Notes under the pieces: generated by a model
The model's input: only the letters and a program-made list of their open reading frames with translations
Told to the model about the DNA's origin: nothing
Databases searched by the model: none
Shown here: positions 49,996 to 63,293 of the stretch, piece by piece
Layout of the letters: each line of letters begins with the position of its first letter
Position numbering within the stretch: the stretch's first letter is position 1
Translations under genes and position numbers: made by a program
NCBI RefSeq assembly: GCF_006345805.1
Contig: NC_043006.1
Location: 104,098,001-104,162,000 of the forward strand
Reading direction: 5' to 3'
DNA from: Octopus sinensis
Lineage: Eukaryota
Length of the DNA stretch: 64,000 nt

Positions 49996-52900
49996 ATGGC
50001 TTCGCTTAACCTTGGTTGTTTAAATGTGCGTGGTCTGAGTTCGAAGTGGAAGCAGGCTTGTTTCCTCGACGACCTCAGATCACATGATATACATGTGATG
50101 GTTGCTACAGAGACCAAGCTGGACAGCCTACAAACCTTCTCGCCTCTCCTGAATGGCTACGAGAAAATCATGTCTCCTGGCCAGACCGGAGGGCGAGGGG
50201 GCGTAGTGGTACTGATCCGTAAAGACTTGGCTCTACAGACAAGTACAGTCTATGTAGACCCAGAAGGTGGGCTGGTCGTCCTTGATGTGACATACAGCAG
50301 TAAGGCCTTCAGGTTGATCGGACTCTATGCACCTTGTGCTAGAGGTTTCCAAACTGATTTTTATCGGCGCCTAGAGGGCTTTCTCGTGACGTCGAAGACT
50401 TTAATGATATTAGGGGACTTTAATGCTATCGTTGACGTACACATCGATAGCGTTGGCTCGATCTATAGGAAAGTGAACTCACGTCTCGTGGATCTGCTTA
50501 AGCGGTTTCAGCTGGCAGATCGTTACAGACTTGACCATCCGAACGTCCCAGAGTGGACCTGGATGAGTGGCGACGGAAGGTTCAAGTCTTATCTAGACAG
50601 GATAGTGATAAGAACTAGAGATAAGTCTAGTTTTAGTTGTCCACAGCTCGTCCAGGTGCCCTATACTGACCATAGAATGGTCACGTGTAGACTGGACATA
50701 GATAGCACACTTAAGATAGGAACCGGCTACTGGAAGCTGAACAAGTCTATTTTGACACGCGAGGCATACCGTAGCCGGATTAAGGTGTTAGTGCAGAGGG
50801 CGTTAACCGGAGCCGTGGTTAATAACCGGTGGTGGTTCACCCTCAAAAGAGCCATTCGATTCGAGTCCATTAGATTTAGTAAACAACTAAAACTAGATAG
50901 GGCTAGAATAGAAGGGCAACTAGTTAAGAACTTAGAGGAGGCGTTGAGGTTGGGCTCTGCATCTCACATTTTAGCGGCGAGAACGGCATTAGACCGTCAC
51001 CTCAAAACCAAACATGAGGGATGTAGAGTCCGGGCTAAAGTACGAGCATTGGGCCGTGAGGGAATTAATGTTGCCGGATGGGCCCGTACGATAGAAACAC
51101 AGCGTGGAAACGATTCCACAATTGGGTCTCTTGTTGATGAAAACGGATGCACGATCAAGAAGCGGGACGAGATGTGTGAGGCACTTCACAAGCACTTCGC
51201 CGAGTTGTTCGGGAGGTGCGGGACGCTGGATCATGGTGAGGCCCTTAGGGACTTCCTGTCTGGTGGCCCGCGCCTCTCGACACGAGAGGCTGAGTGCTGT
51301 GAAGGGTCAATCACAGCCGAGGAAGTAATCGAGGTGTTGGGCAAGTGCCCCGGGGAGAAGTCGCCGGGTCTCGATGGTCTGCCCTATGAATTTTATAGAA
51401 GTATGCCAGACTTGTTCGGGCACCTGCTGGCTAGCGTCTACGCCAACTGGCAGCAGAATGGGAGAATTCCCAAGTCTGCGAGCCGGGGGGCGGTGACGTT
51501 GATCAGGAAGGACCCGAACAAGGGGGACGAGATAGGGAACTTCAGGCCCATAACTCTGTTAAACACAGAGTTAAAGATTCTGGCCAAGGTGCTAGCAAAA
51601 AGGTTGGCGCGGGTCGTGGACAAACTTGTCGGGGAAGCGCAAACGTGCGCTATCCCCGGCAGAACGATCCACGACAATCTCCACCTTATACGCTACTCCT
51701 TAGAGAGGTGGGGAAGCTTTCTGGCGCAGGGGGAGCACTGGTACATTTAGACCAGTCCAAAGCATTTGACAGGGTCGACCATCGGTACCTGGCGGCGGTC
51801 CTCGGAGAGGCTGGCCTAGGCCCGACCTTTCGAGGTTGGATCGCTGCTTTGTATAGCGACATCGAGTCTGTAGTCAAGGTGAACGGTTCCTTTTCGAAGC
51901 CGTTCAGGATCGAGCGTTCAGTTCGTCAAGGGTGTCCCCTGTCCTCGCTCCTATACGTATTGGCCTCTTGAGCCTTTGCTGCGGAAATTGGAGGCACTAG
52001 GGGGCGCGCCGCATGACCTATGGTGTGGAAGAGGAGCTACGGCGTATGCGGATGACACCTCCATCATCGTGGCAGACGAAGGCCAGCTTCCAGTGGTGGA
52101 AGAGGCCATCAAAAGCTACGAGGCGGCGGTGGCAGGAGCAAAGGTTAACAAGGACAAGTCGGTCGGTTTCCAACTCGGCACCTGGAGGGGCAAGCCGATG
52201 CCGTCCAATAACGTCGTAGGGCGTTGGACGGAAGGTCCTGTTAAGCTGCTCGGAGTCTGGTTCGGGCCAGACCTCCAGATTGAGAAAAATTGGAGTGAGG
52301 TGGCCAACAAGGTGACCGCTCTAACCCAGACCTGGTCTGGGCGGGCGTTATCCCTGCTAGGGAAGGCGGAGGTGGTGCAGATGTTTATAGCATCAGTAAT
52401 CACCTACCGTCTGACCGTGGTGCCTTGCCCCGATTTGTGGCTGAACAAGTTGGAGAGAATCCTTTTCCGATTTTTGTGGAAAGGAGGAAAGCCACTTGTA
52501 AAGCGCTCTGTCTGCTGCCAGAAACCGCTAAAGGGTGGGCTAGGGATGCCTTGGGCTGAGATGCGAAAACTCGCGTTAAGGTTGAGGCACCTCTGGCTTT
52601 ACCTGGATGGAGAGCAGGTGTGGTCACCGCACGTCCGGTTCTACCTTCCCCAGTTAACATCCCTAACGGACATCGGTGCATGGATCAAGCGGAGACCTAA
52701 ACTGAGTGAATGGCATTTGGAGTGCCGTCAGGCGCTCCAGCTACTATCTCGGGTGGGCAACGCCGGCAACAGGAGTTCCACCACGGATTTCTATAGCGGG
52801 TTAGTGGAGATTAAGTCCGAAGACGCCTTGGGGGAGACCCTGGGCTACGATGAAAATCAGTTGGTCAACCTGTTCCGGAGGACGTTCGGGCCGGGGTATC

Positions 52901-53400
52901 TGGATAATTACCAGAAATCCCTGGCCTGGCAGTGTTTCCGTGCGGCTTTACCTGTTCGCCGACATGCCCGCGATGTGAGCAGGATAGGGAGACCGTCTTG
53001 CACGCATTCGTGGAGTGTCCGGAGTTATCAGGACTGATAGCTTTTGTTGAACAACTGTTGTCAGTGATGGGAAGAGTACAGCTATCAGCTGAGTCTATCA
53101 TCGAGATTGTGTCGCCCCTTCCTTAACAGGGAAAGAAAGGCTTGTTTTTTTCTGTAGTAGCCATACTGAAAGAAACAGTATGGAAGACGCGTACGAAAGG
53201 TATAGTGACAGGCACCTTTGTCTCCGGCCAGGAGTTGATTAACTTTTTTAGTTACCACCTCAGTAGCAAAATCAGGCTGGAGAAGAGTGTCTGTCACGAG
53301 ATATGTGTGTGAAAAAGGAAGCCTGTGGCATACAAGTGGGTATGTTTGGCACCAGATAAGTGTGACCGGATCAGAAAGTAAAGGTTCTACCCGGATGGCT
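49996..53400 (+). pseudogene. Tx1 ORF2 (APE endonuclease + reverse transcriptase + Cys-rich domain) with at least 3 frameshifts/stops
   Basis: LNVRGL, ILGDFN, SYLDRI and TDH (APE); KSPGLDGLPYEFY, FRPITLLN, LDQSKAFDRVDH, QGCPLS and AYADD (RT); CPRCEQDRETVLHAFVEC; pieces lie in frames 1/3/1/3. Confidence 0.95.
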
Positions 53401-53739
53401 GGGTGTCCGTCCTTCGACATGATCATTAATATTTTTAAACATTGCCTTCGTAAAATTCATTGTTTATAATCTTATCCGTAATTTCATTCGAAAATTGTAA
53501 CTGTGTTAAGCTACTTCACCCTTTATATTTGTCTGTCCTTGTTTGTCCCCTCTTTGTAAATGCCTAAATGGCAAATTATATGAAATAAAGTAGCTTGCTT
53601 ACGAACCACATGTTTCGGGTTCAGTCCCACTGTGTGGCACCTTGGACAAGTGTTTTCTACTATAGTCTCGGACCAACCAAAACCTTGTGAGTGGATTTGG
53701 TAGACGGAAACTGAAAGAAGCCCGTCGTATATATATATG

Positions 53740-53798
<59 letters not shown>

Positions 53799-54026
53799 AT
53801 ATGTTTGTGTGTCTGTGTTTGTCCCCCCCCCAACATCGCTTGACAACCGATGGTTGTGTGTTTGCGTCCCCGTAACTTAGCAGTTCGACAAAAGAGACCG
53901 ATAGAAGAAGTACTAGGCTTACAAAGAATAAGTCCTGGGGTCGATTTGCTCGACTAAAGGTTGTGCACCAGCATGGCCACAGTCAAATAACTGAAGCAAG
54001 TAAAAGAGCATCTATCTATCTATCTA

Positions 54027-54085
<59 letters not shown>

Positions 54086-54144
54086 ATATCTATCTATCTA
54101 TCTATCTATATATCTATCTATATATATCTATATATATATATATG

Positions 54145-54185
<41 letters not shown>

Positions 54186-54194
54186 ATATGTGTG

Positions 54195-54330
54195 TGTGTG
54201 TGTGTTGTATATATGTATGTATATATGTGTGTGTGTGTGTTTGTATATATGTATGTATATATGTGTGTGTGTGTGTTTGTATATATGTATGTATATATGT
54301 GTGTGTGTGTGTTTGTATATATGTATGTAT
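54195..54330. repeat. ~36-bp unit tandem (gtgtgtgtgtgtgtttgtatatatgtatgtatatat) x ~4
   Basis: Direct reading. Confidence 0.85.
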
Positions 54331-56199
54331 GTATGTGTGTGTATTACGTACATATATATACATATATGCATACATACATACATGCATACATACATATATA
54401 CACACATATATGGTGGTTGCTCCCTCGTTATCGAGTATGGCCATTGCACGTAGCTTAATCAATGTTGTTATCGTGCAATGCCTGTGCAAGAAGATTCTTT
54501 TAAATTTAGGAAAGGCTGTGCACTGAGTCAATCCCACTCACTAAGCAACAGCAGCCATAATCCGAAAAGAGGAACAAGTCAACATCATCGGTAACCACTG
54601 AGCCGCAAGTTTTATGTCGGAGTTATCCCAGTTACCTGAGTAACCCTCTCCTAACAAAGGATGCCCTAATTCATTGCAGATCATCATTCGTTGCTCCAAA
54701 ATTTTTTGATAGATTAATTAACTCCTGTTTATTTAGAAATATCTCTTCGAAATGCTCATCAATTTTTAAGTAAATAAATTCCAAACGTTCTAAAAAGAAA
54801 GTAAACTCATATAATACACTCATCTTTATAAAACTATAATACTATAATAAATAATATATTAAAAGATAGAAAGAAAGATTGTAAATAAAAACTGTCTTAG
54901 ATCCTTTCAAATGTGGTTCTTCCGAAAATATCTGAAAGTTAACGTATATTTAAATATACATCTATAAAGATGACAATTGTTATTACAAGTAAATAATGTA
55001 AATGACATTTTAAAGAGTAAAATAAGGAATTACGACTTTTAAAAAGTTATAAAGTACTCTTTTAATTAAATTGCTGGTTAGTCTCAAACTCTGTAATATA
55101 TTAAATTGATACACATCGTTAAAAATCAAATAATTTAAAATTGTTTTAAAGATGTCAGGATTCTACACATGCGCATTCACGCGTAATTCGTACATAATAA
55201 AATTTAAAGAATTATATTGCAAAAATGGAGAATGAAAAGTTATAAGCCACCAATTGTAAATAATACGGTCTGAGTTTATTTTTGTCAGGATGTTTAACCA
55301 AATTGAACAGAAGCAGGGTGATGGGGAAGATATCATCTCTTCTAAATCTCTTACAAATGCTTTCTCCATCAATAGGACCGTTTAGAACACCTCTTTGAGG
55401 AGAAGAACAAACAGAAATTTTTGAGGGTTTTTTTTTCTTATTAAGGAAATTAACCAGAATATTTTGGCGCAACGTCTTCCTCTGGAATGTCCAAAATTAT
55501 TGCGAAATTTTTTTAAAAAGTAAATCATATTGTCTGAGTTGTTCTCACAAAGTGTGAGCACATTGGTGGGACAAAAATATATATTCTTTAGATTTTGTCG
55601 AGATGTGCCTCTTTATTTTTGCTTTCTTCCTCCTCCGTGTCCATCACCTCCTCCTCTCCCGCTTCTGCCTTCCCTTCATACTTTTCCTCCTCATCTACTT
55701 CAGAGTTCATACTTCTAGCTCCTTCGAGACGTGGATGGATACATCTCTCTTTTATGCTTCGTTTCTGTGTTCACTTCTCTCAACTCCGAACCCATAAATT
55801 TGTCTAAACGTATAATCTATATATTTCCATGTTCTGTCTCAAACATTTCAAAACCTATTAAAGAGGCAATATGAAGCCACAATCCACTCTAAGGGAAAAC
55901 AGAGCTCTTCACATGACCTCGATTAAACATACTTCAAACTCATTTGATATGACCATGCTAAGTCACTTCAAAACAAATTACTTTGAACTCAAAACAGGAT
56001 GTTTTGTATGCAGATTTTTAAAATGTTCTGTAACTTGTCGGTTCACAGACAGTAGAGACGACTGGCATTGGAACTTAGAATATGAACTTTGAAAAAAATC
56101 AAACTCTTGTCATATTTAGTCCGTGAAGTTAGAATCGTCCACTGGACAAAACGTGTTTGGGCAGATTCTTCTCAATCAAGTAGATCATATACCGAATTG

Positions 56200-56403
56200 A
56201 TGAGGGTGTGCTGAAAAATTCCTGGCTTTGGGTAAAAGAAAATACAGAAGGATCAGTTGATTATGATTTTATTCAACGTATTCGCACATTCATTACAGTG
56301 GGTCTTCCGTTTTCTAAGCCCTGTAAAAGAACTCGGAAGGTTGGGTCTCCAAACAGGCCTTTCGCGATACCCCTAAAGCCAAAACCTTTTCAGCACCGCT
56401 TCG
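56200..56403. mobile_element. mariner-type MITE
   Basis: gagggtgtgctgaaaaattcctggcttt ... aaagccaaaaccttttcagcaccgcttcg|TA. Confidence 0.8.
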
Positions 56404-56464
56404 TATGTGTGACAAGCAGTAAGTATAATATACTAGAGCTTTGAGTTAAAAGCTTACTGAAAAG

Positions 56465-56960
56465 TAAACCAGTTCTTGTTGACGTTCGTAAAGGTTCTGT
56501 ATACTTCTGTATGCTGTACTAGAAGTGTCTTCAGCTTCAAATCATACGAAGCATTAGCATATATCAGTATGGTTAAATGCAAACAATCTGCTGCCCTGCC
56601 ATATGCGGTAGGTCCTCCTTGGCAACTTTTTCCAAACGAGGCCAGTCTCCTCGCTGTTATAAATCTACTGAGGACAAACTTACAAAGATCGGCAAGTGTG
56701 GGGCCGGTAGCTCCCTAATACCACACACCACACCGCGAATATCTAAAATCCGAAAGTTTTTTATAAAAGGATTCGATATAATCACTGCTGTCTTTAAATT
56801 CTATCAGCTTTATCTCCTATCAGCGCTGGTATACAGAGGATCTTTCTCAAACTTCCCATTAAGTGATTTATACTCATTTAACCAATAAATGCGTCACTGA
56901 ATCACCAGGTTCTTTTTTCTTGTACCAAGTGAAGTAAGATATTTTCCATCTTTCATATAC
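56465..56960 (-). pseudogene. Degraded Tigger/pogo transposase fragment
   Basis: Minus-strand reading IYNSEETGLVWKKLPRRTY and ANASYDLKLKTLLVQHTEVYRTFTNVNKN matches pogo/Tigger YN.DETGL.WK..P.RT and ANA.G..KLKPL. Confidence 0.8.
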
Positions 56961-58799
56961 ATGCAAACAGTGATTCTCGTATATAACCCTGAGAATAAAC
57001 CTTTGGCCACTGATGCTTTTTTAGCTTTTATTCATTTATCTACGTATTTATTTATTTATTTATTATTTTTTCAACTCGAACACTTTGTAGACTTTATTAA
57101 AACCATGATCTGCACTTAGATCGCTTAATCTAACCTCAGTTTTTTTCCCTCTTAGAAACGATCGCTTCTGTATTTGTAAGGAAATGTTGTTTTCCTGCAG
57201 GCTTTGTTCTCACTATAGTGAGTATTTCTTTTTAAATCTAAATCACAAAACTGATTTTCTTCAAAAGCTAACTTATTTCCTCGAAAATTATTCCACTGGT
57301 TCTGTTTCAAAGGAAATAACAAAACCACAATAGCGCAGCAACTACTCGCTTTATTTTGTTGCATCAAATTCTAGACTCTGTGTGTTTTATAATGTCTTTC
57401 TTTATTCTGTGTTTAACACTTCACTAAAACAATAGAAGGAACAAACAGAAATAATTTATCATAGCTTTACATTTTTCACACATCCACACACAAACAAACT
57501 CAAATGTTGCGTGGAGACTTTAGTAACCTTTAGCTACCTTATATTCCATTTCACAATTTTCGTTTGCAGTTTCTTCGTTGACATGATTTATTCGATGTCA
57601 AATTAATGGAAAAGCATTCATTACTATGATTTTTCTTTACCATCGACGTTCCTTATCCAAGGGTTAATTGTATATCAATATTCATACATATATACGCATG
57701 TAATACATACACATATGAATACTTATGTATATTATACATATATCTGTATTATATATATATATATATAGATATATATATATATATATGTGTGTGTATGTTA
57801 TTTATATGTATATGCATATACATATGTATATGTGTATGTATGTATGTATGTATATTAGTCTATCTATCTATAACCTTGTGTGTGTGAGAGAGAGAGAGAG
57901 ATAAAGAGAGAGAGAGGGAGAAAGCGAGAGTGTGTATAACAGGTATAAAATATATTAATATATATTTTATATTTACTTAGTACAAACGTTATCTGGTATA
58001 GAACTCAATACACTATGTAGAGTGGATATATGTGTGTGTGTAATGTTATATAGTATGATATCAAACACGTGAGTCTGGGGACATTTGCTGCGCAGCCACC
58101 AACGGTGTATATTATATCAAAGTTTACAGCCTACCCTGAGCGTCACTCTTCACTGGGTTTTTCACGACTGTAGATACAAAATATAATCTGGTATTTCTGT
58201 ATTGTTCGGTTAATGTTAGGTGTGTCTGGGTGGGTTTGTACGAACTATGTGATGAAGTGGAATTTTTTATTGATTCATTATCATTTTTTTTTTCATTAAT
58301 TTAAAGGTGTATTGTCAAGTAGCTAGGTCCAAACTGCCTTTTTTGCATTGAACTTCATTAAGGTGTGACTGGACAGGTGAGGCTAGCCATTATTTTCTGC
58401 ATCACTACACCTTTTTGTATTTCTGCTGTCCTGTTCATACAACATTCTTTTTTTCTTCTTTTTATTCAATTCTAATAGTAACTACAATACTAAAATGAGA
58501 TCGAAATGGAGCAAACTTCAACCCATTAAATTTAAGTAACTTCACCATACCTTATTTAGAATCAAAACAAACTTTTAGAAAATTGACCAAGAATTCTCGA
58601 CCATTTTTTTCTTATCTCGAATACCTTTCATTACTATTATTTTCTGGTGCACCCCCATAGCCTCTTCATGTTTTAAAACTAGTTCTATAGATACTTCTTT
58701 CAAAATACTGCTTTTGTTTTTCACACATTAACTTGCGTAGATCGAACTATATAAAATATTTGAAAGAAATCTAGTTGTTTCTTGCAACAACTATATCTA

Positions 58800-58920
58800 T
58801 ACCAAACTTTTTTTATGGATCCTTAATATATTACTGTGGATCCTCAATTCACTATTTTGCTTGCGTGGATCCTGTCCTCTCCCAAAACAGAATCATATGG
58901 ACCCCGGTTGAAAATCACTA
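58800..58920. mobile_element. hAT (Charlie-like) MITE end fragment
   Basis: catatggaccccggttgaaaatcact is the reverse complement of a cagtg.ttttcaaccgggg-type TIR; tggatcct occurs three times. Confidence 0.55.
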
Positions 58921-59445
58921 CTTTAGATGCCAAGCAAAGGTAATTAGAGTAAAATCTATTATAAGAAATACAACCCCACGATTTTCGTTATAATAATCTG
59001 TTAGTAAACTTTAAACTAACTTTTGGACTCCTAGCATAGCCAAAAATCTAAGAATATTAGTCTGACCACGCCTAAATGTACATAAGTGGTACACAGTCAT
59101 TCGAATATATTGGAGCAGTTTGGTTCTAGTTACATTACACTACAATACACTCCTAAAATAATGAAAAATAAACAAATATATGAATAATTAAAATAATAGT
59201 TTCAGATGTTGACGTAAGGCCAGGAATTTAGAGGCAGGAGGCCAGTCGATTGCATTACCTCCATTGCTCAGCTAGTACTTATTTCATAGACCACAAAAGG
59301 GTGGAAAGGCAAAGTCAAACTTGGTGGGATTTTTAATCAGAACCAAGACGGACAAAAAGTCGTTAGGACTTTGTCCAGAGTGCTAACCACTTTTTTAGTT
59401 CGTCACCTTCATATCTAAGTAGCTATATATATATATATACAACAA

Positions 59446-59690
59446 CAGGTTTGGCCAAAAGTCACCCGACAGTAAATCAAATTTCCATAAATACTTGATA
59501 TTCAATTTTATTTATTCATTCCAGCTATGAATGTTTAATAATTGAATGCTGTGGGTTAACATCACCGTTTTTTTTCCAACATTTGTCTGTTTATTATCTA
59601 TTATAGAAGTCTCAGATCAAATATATTTCTGTTTTAATATTGGAATTAAATGGTTTAGATTTACTCTCGGGTGACTTTTGGCCAATCCTA
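59446..59690. mobile_element. Tc1-like MITE
   Basis: caggtttggccaaaagtcacccgacagtaaatc / gatttactctcgggtgacttttggccaatcct, in TA context. Confidence 0.85.
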
Positions 59691-59706
59691 TATATATATA
59701 TATATA

Positions 59707-60070
59707 ATATTAGGGAGTGAATCCAAACTTACAGGGAAAAATTAAATTTAGGATTAAATCAAATTTCACAGTATAAATATGAATTAAATTAGAGATAAGA
59801 CCACTATTAGGCAACTCAAACAGTGATAGAGTAAACCAAAACATAAAAAAATAAATAATATAATATGCAGTATATATATAAAATATAAAATTTAAAATTT
59901 AAATTATTAAAATTTGAAATTTTTAAATTTATATTTATGAATTATTATATTTTTATAAAATATAAAAATATAATAATCTTTATAAAATATAAAAATATAA
60001 TAATTTATAAATATAAATGTCTATCACTGTTTGAGTTGCCTAATAGTGGTCTTATCTCTAATTTAATTTA
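59707..60070. mobile_element. Palindromic element (perfect 49-bp arms 59782-59830 / 60020-60068, AT-rich spacer), family of 8315-8491
   Basis: Direct arm comparison and shared extension. Confidence 0.88.
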
Positions 60071-62253
60071 TATATATATATGCAAGCGCACACACACAGT
60101 CAAATCAATTTCTTGTTACGGTTTTGCTAACAAAAATATCTATACTGTTATCCTAACTTGTCGCAAATTGTGTTCAGATCTTACTCTTTGACAAGGTCAC
60201 GACATCTTTTTGAACGTTTATCCATAGTAGTTGAAACTATTAAAAAGTGGAAAAAGTATAAACCCGAAGAAAGACTTATGAAAGTCGTTCTGTGCGGAGA
60301 GTTTCTCAACCCAACAAAACCGTAACCTAAAGAACTAAGTTAGTGGTGTATGTTATTACGTTTAAATAGTTTGGTTAAAACCACATCAGCAGAGCTGCTA
60401 AATATCTGTACAGTTTATCTAAATCCTAACCAGTTATACCTCAAAAAGCCCGAAATCCAGCTGGCACACACGGTGGTTGTCGCTAGGTCGAATTGTCGCC
60501 TCCGTCTGTTATTTACTGTGTATTTAGCATAACAAGTAAATAAGAGATGTTGCTTCAGGACAAATTCTAGAGTAACTGGCCTATCCAGAGTGTATATACA
60601 TGAAATCCTAGAATTTCGATAAACTCAATACGTTTTTATTCCTTGTCATTAATAGCTTTGATGTTATTAAGATAAATTTAGGTATCCAGATATGAATAAG
60701 CGAATTTATAAAACGCGGTATTTCCACTGGTCCCGTCTATAATTTAAAACATTGTTTAATTCATCAAATATTTAATACATTTATTGATCTTGTCTTTACA
60801 ATTTCATTAATGAAATATTAATTATTTTTGTAAAAATCAAAGTTAATTAGTTGTAGACGTAGAATTTAGATGGCACTTAGACACGTCTCCTTACATTTCC
60901 CAGTCCAAGTCAACCCGTCTCACAAACTAGGAGAAAGGCAGATCGGGTGCTTTGCAGTATTAGACTCAACCTTTTGGTTTTAAGGACTTCTCAGATGGTA
61001 AACTTAATCTGTCTCTCGGTTAAATACCATTATCTGGAATCTTTAGCAAAGTATAATGTAAAGGAAGCATTCGGGTTACTTCTTCAGGTAGAGAATTTCT
61101 TCAGCCCTCCCTCTAACCAATTACTTCCCTCTCAACTAAAATTAAAGAAACAAGAATACTTCTCAAGTCCGATGATCGCTATAATGAATAGTTTACGACT
61201 CTGAAAACGGCGACATTTTATATATTTTGGAAAACATGGAGTGGCGGAATGGCTAACCGGAAGAGGGTCATTCAAAAATAATAGTGACATGGTGGATTCG
61301 GCTTGTCAAAATGGCTGTGAAGGGCAATGGTATTGACATTGGCAGACCCGATACGACGTCAGACAAAACTCCTCACCGCAATCAGTTATAACACCCTATT
61401 TTTTAAATTTCAAGTCTTTCAGAAGCCACTTTGACATTTTTCTTGTAGGGGTTCATAAAATGTATTCGCAATAAATCAACGGAGCCTCTCGAATCGTTAC
61501 TACACCCTACGTCAACGGCCTCTGTCTATTTTGCACAAAGGATCGGTTTAATGAAAGAGAATTTTTCTACGGACCGGAGAATCTTGTTCATCACAGAACA
61601 TAACAAAACACATAATGTATAACTTAATTATGAATCTGCCCAGAGTTATGTCTTCCCAGTATTTCCCACTGAAGTAGGCTAAAGAGCCAGAAACGCGCAT
61701 CAAGGAATCCGCTAGGGGGAAGCACTGAGCAGATATGGGGTTTCTGCACCTTTTTTTCTCCCCCTAAGAAAGAATTTTTTCTTCGCGGTAACTGAAGTGA
61801 ATTTACCTTTAGAAGTTAACATATGTCACAAACATATTTTAACCAACCTAAAGATTGTTCTATTTCTAATCACTGCTTGGCGCCGATACTGTTATTATAA
61901 CTATTACATATATAATCTAACTATTACATGTATAATACACATATAATGCAAAACACCCTGTAGACTGAGATAGTCAATATAGTATAAATAAAATTTTAAA
62001 ATTTATTCTTTCCGAGTTAGCCCAGTGACAAATGATCCAAAGTCCTGTACTGGTCTGGCCCGGTACTGGTCTGGCCTGGGGCTGGTCCGGCCGGATGGTT
62101 GGAAACCTCTCATCGACGTAAATATTTGTGGTACTGTGCTAATCAGTATAAGTAATCGTTAAGTTAGTTATAGATAGAACAAATCGGTATAAAGACTAGC
62201 AGCCTTAATAAATCGATTTGTCTTGCACTTTGTCTATTAACTTGTTCTTATAC

Positions 62254-62305
<52 letters not shown>

Positions 62306-62691
62306 TAAGGGAACAATGAAAGCAAACAGAGTAGACGGAGATGAGATAACTGCCTGCTAAGAATTAAATAAATAAATAAGAGGAGAGATGGCTGTCTGAT
62401 TAGTGCTAAATAACATACACACACAACTACACAAATACACACACACACGCATACATACACACACTCCACCACTCAGACAGTTATCTGTGCTCTCTTTACG
62501 TATTTAACGCTATGCAGGCGGTAATCTCTACACACACTCTCTCTCTTTCTCTCTCTCTCCTTCTTTCTCTCTTTCTCTGCATTTTCTTATCTGTGCGTAT
62601 ATCTTTCATTCTTATGAGAGAGTAATTCGCTAATAGAGGGACAAAGAGAAGAACAATTCGATGCGTATGCATTGTTATATTAGATGATGCC

Positions 62692-63293
62692 AAGGCGGCG
62701 AGCTGGCAGAAACGTTAGCACGCCGGGCGAAATGCATAGCCGTATTTCGTCTGCAGTTACGTTCTGAGTTCAAATTCCGCCGAGGTCGACTTTGCCTTTC
62801 ATCCTTTCGGGGTCGATTAAATAAGTACCATTTACGTACTGGGGTCGATGTAATCGACTTGATACCTATGTCTGTCCTTGTTTGTCCCCTCTGTGTTTAG
62901 CCCCTTGTGGGTAGTAAAGAAATAAGTATTTCGTCTGCCGTTACGTTCTGAGTTCAAATTCCACCGAAGTCGACTTTGCCTTTCATCCTTTCGGGGTCGA
63001 TTAATTATGTACCAGTTACGCACTGGGGTTGATGTAATCGTCTTAATCCATTTGTCTGTCCTTGTTTGTCCCCTCTGTGTTTAGCCCCTTGTGGGTAGTA
63101 AAGAAATAGGTATTTCGTCTGTCGTTACGTTCTGTGTTCAATATCAGCCGCGGTCGACTTTGCCTTTCATCGTTTCGGGGTCGATAAATTAAGTACCAGC
63201 TACGCACTGGGGTCGATGTAAAACGACTTGATACCTATGTCTGTCCATGTTTGTCCCCTCTGTGTTTAGCCCCTTGTGGGTAGTAAAGAAATA
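62692..63293 (+). mobile_element. SINE type A trimer with one TSD
   Basis: Three ~185-bp units each ending tagtaaagaaata; tatattagatgat at 62676-62688 and 63294-63306. Confidence 0.92.

Larger units (their letters stand above)
48185..53587 (+). mobile_element. Full-length Tx1/L1-clade non-LTR retrotransposon (~5.4 kb), inactivated
   Basis: 5' UTR, ORF1, ORF2 and 3' UTR ending ...tatatgaaataa; TSD aagtagctttgctaac (48169-48184) / aagtagcttgcttac (53588-53602). Confidence 0.93.
48145..54008 (+). mobile_element. SINE type B split by the Tx1 insertion (head 48145-48184; remainder 53588-54008)
   Basis: agacgcaggagtggctgtgtggtaagtagctttgctaac | ... | aagtagcttgcttacgaaccacatg... Confidence 0.9.

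Noticed and set aside
55212-55472. ORF with faint similarity to an RT QGD.LSP.LFNL motif, or a possible host exon after tttttgtcag
   Set aside because: Similarity is too weak and the forward frames close quickly.
61450-61625. Open frame after ttttcttgtag (GFIKCIRNKSTEPLES...)
   Set aside because: About 55 codons, no recognisable domain and no donor site; expected by chance.
62692-63293. CRISPR-like or satellite interpretation of the repeated units
   Set aside because: The units are whole SINE bodies without unique spacers, and the context is eukaryotic.
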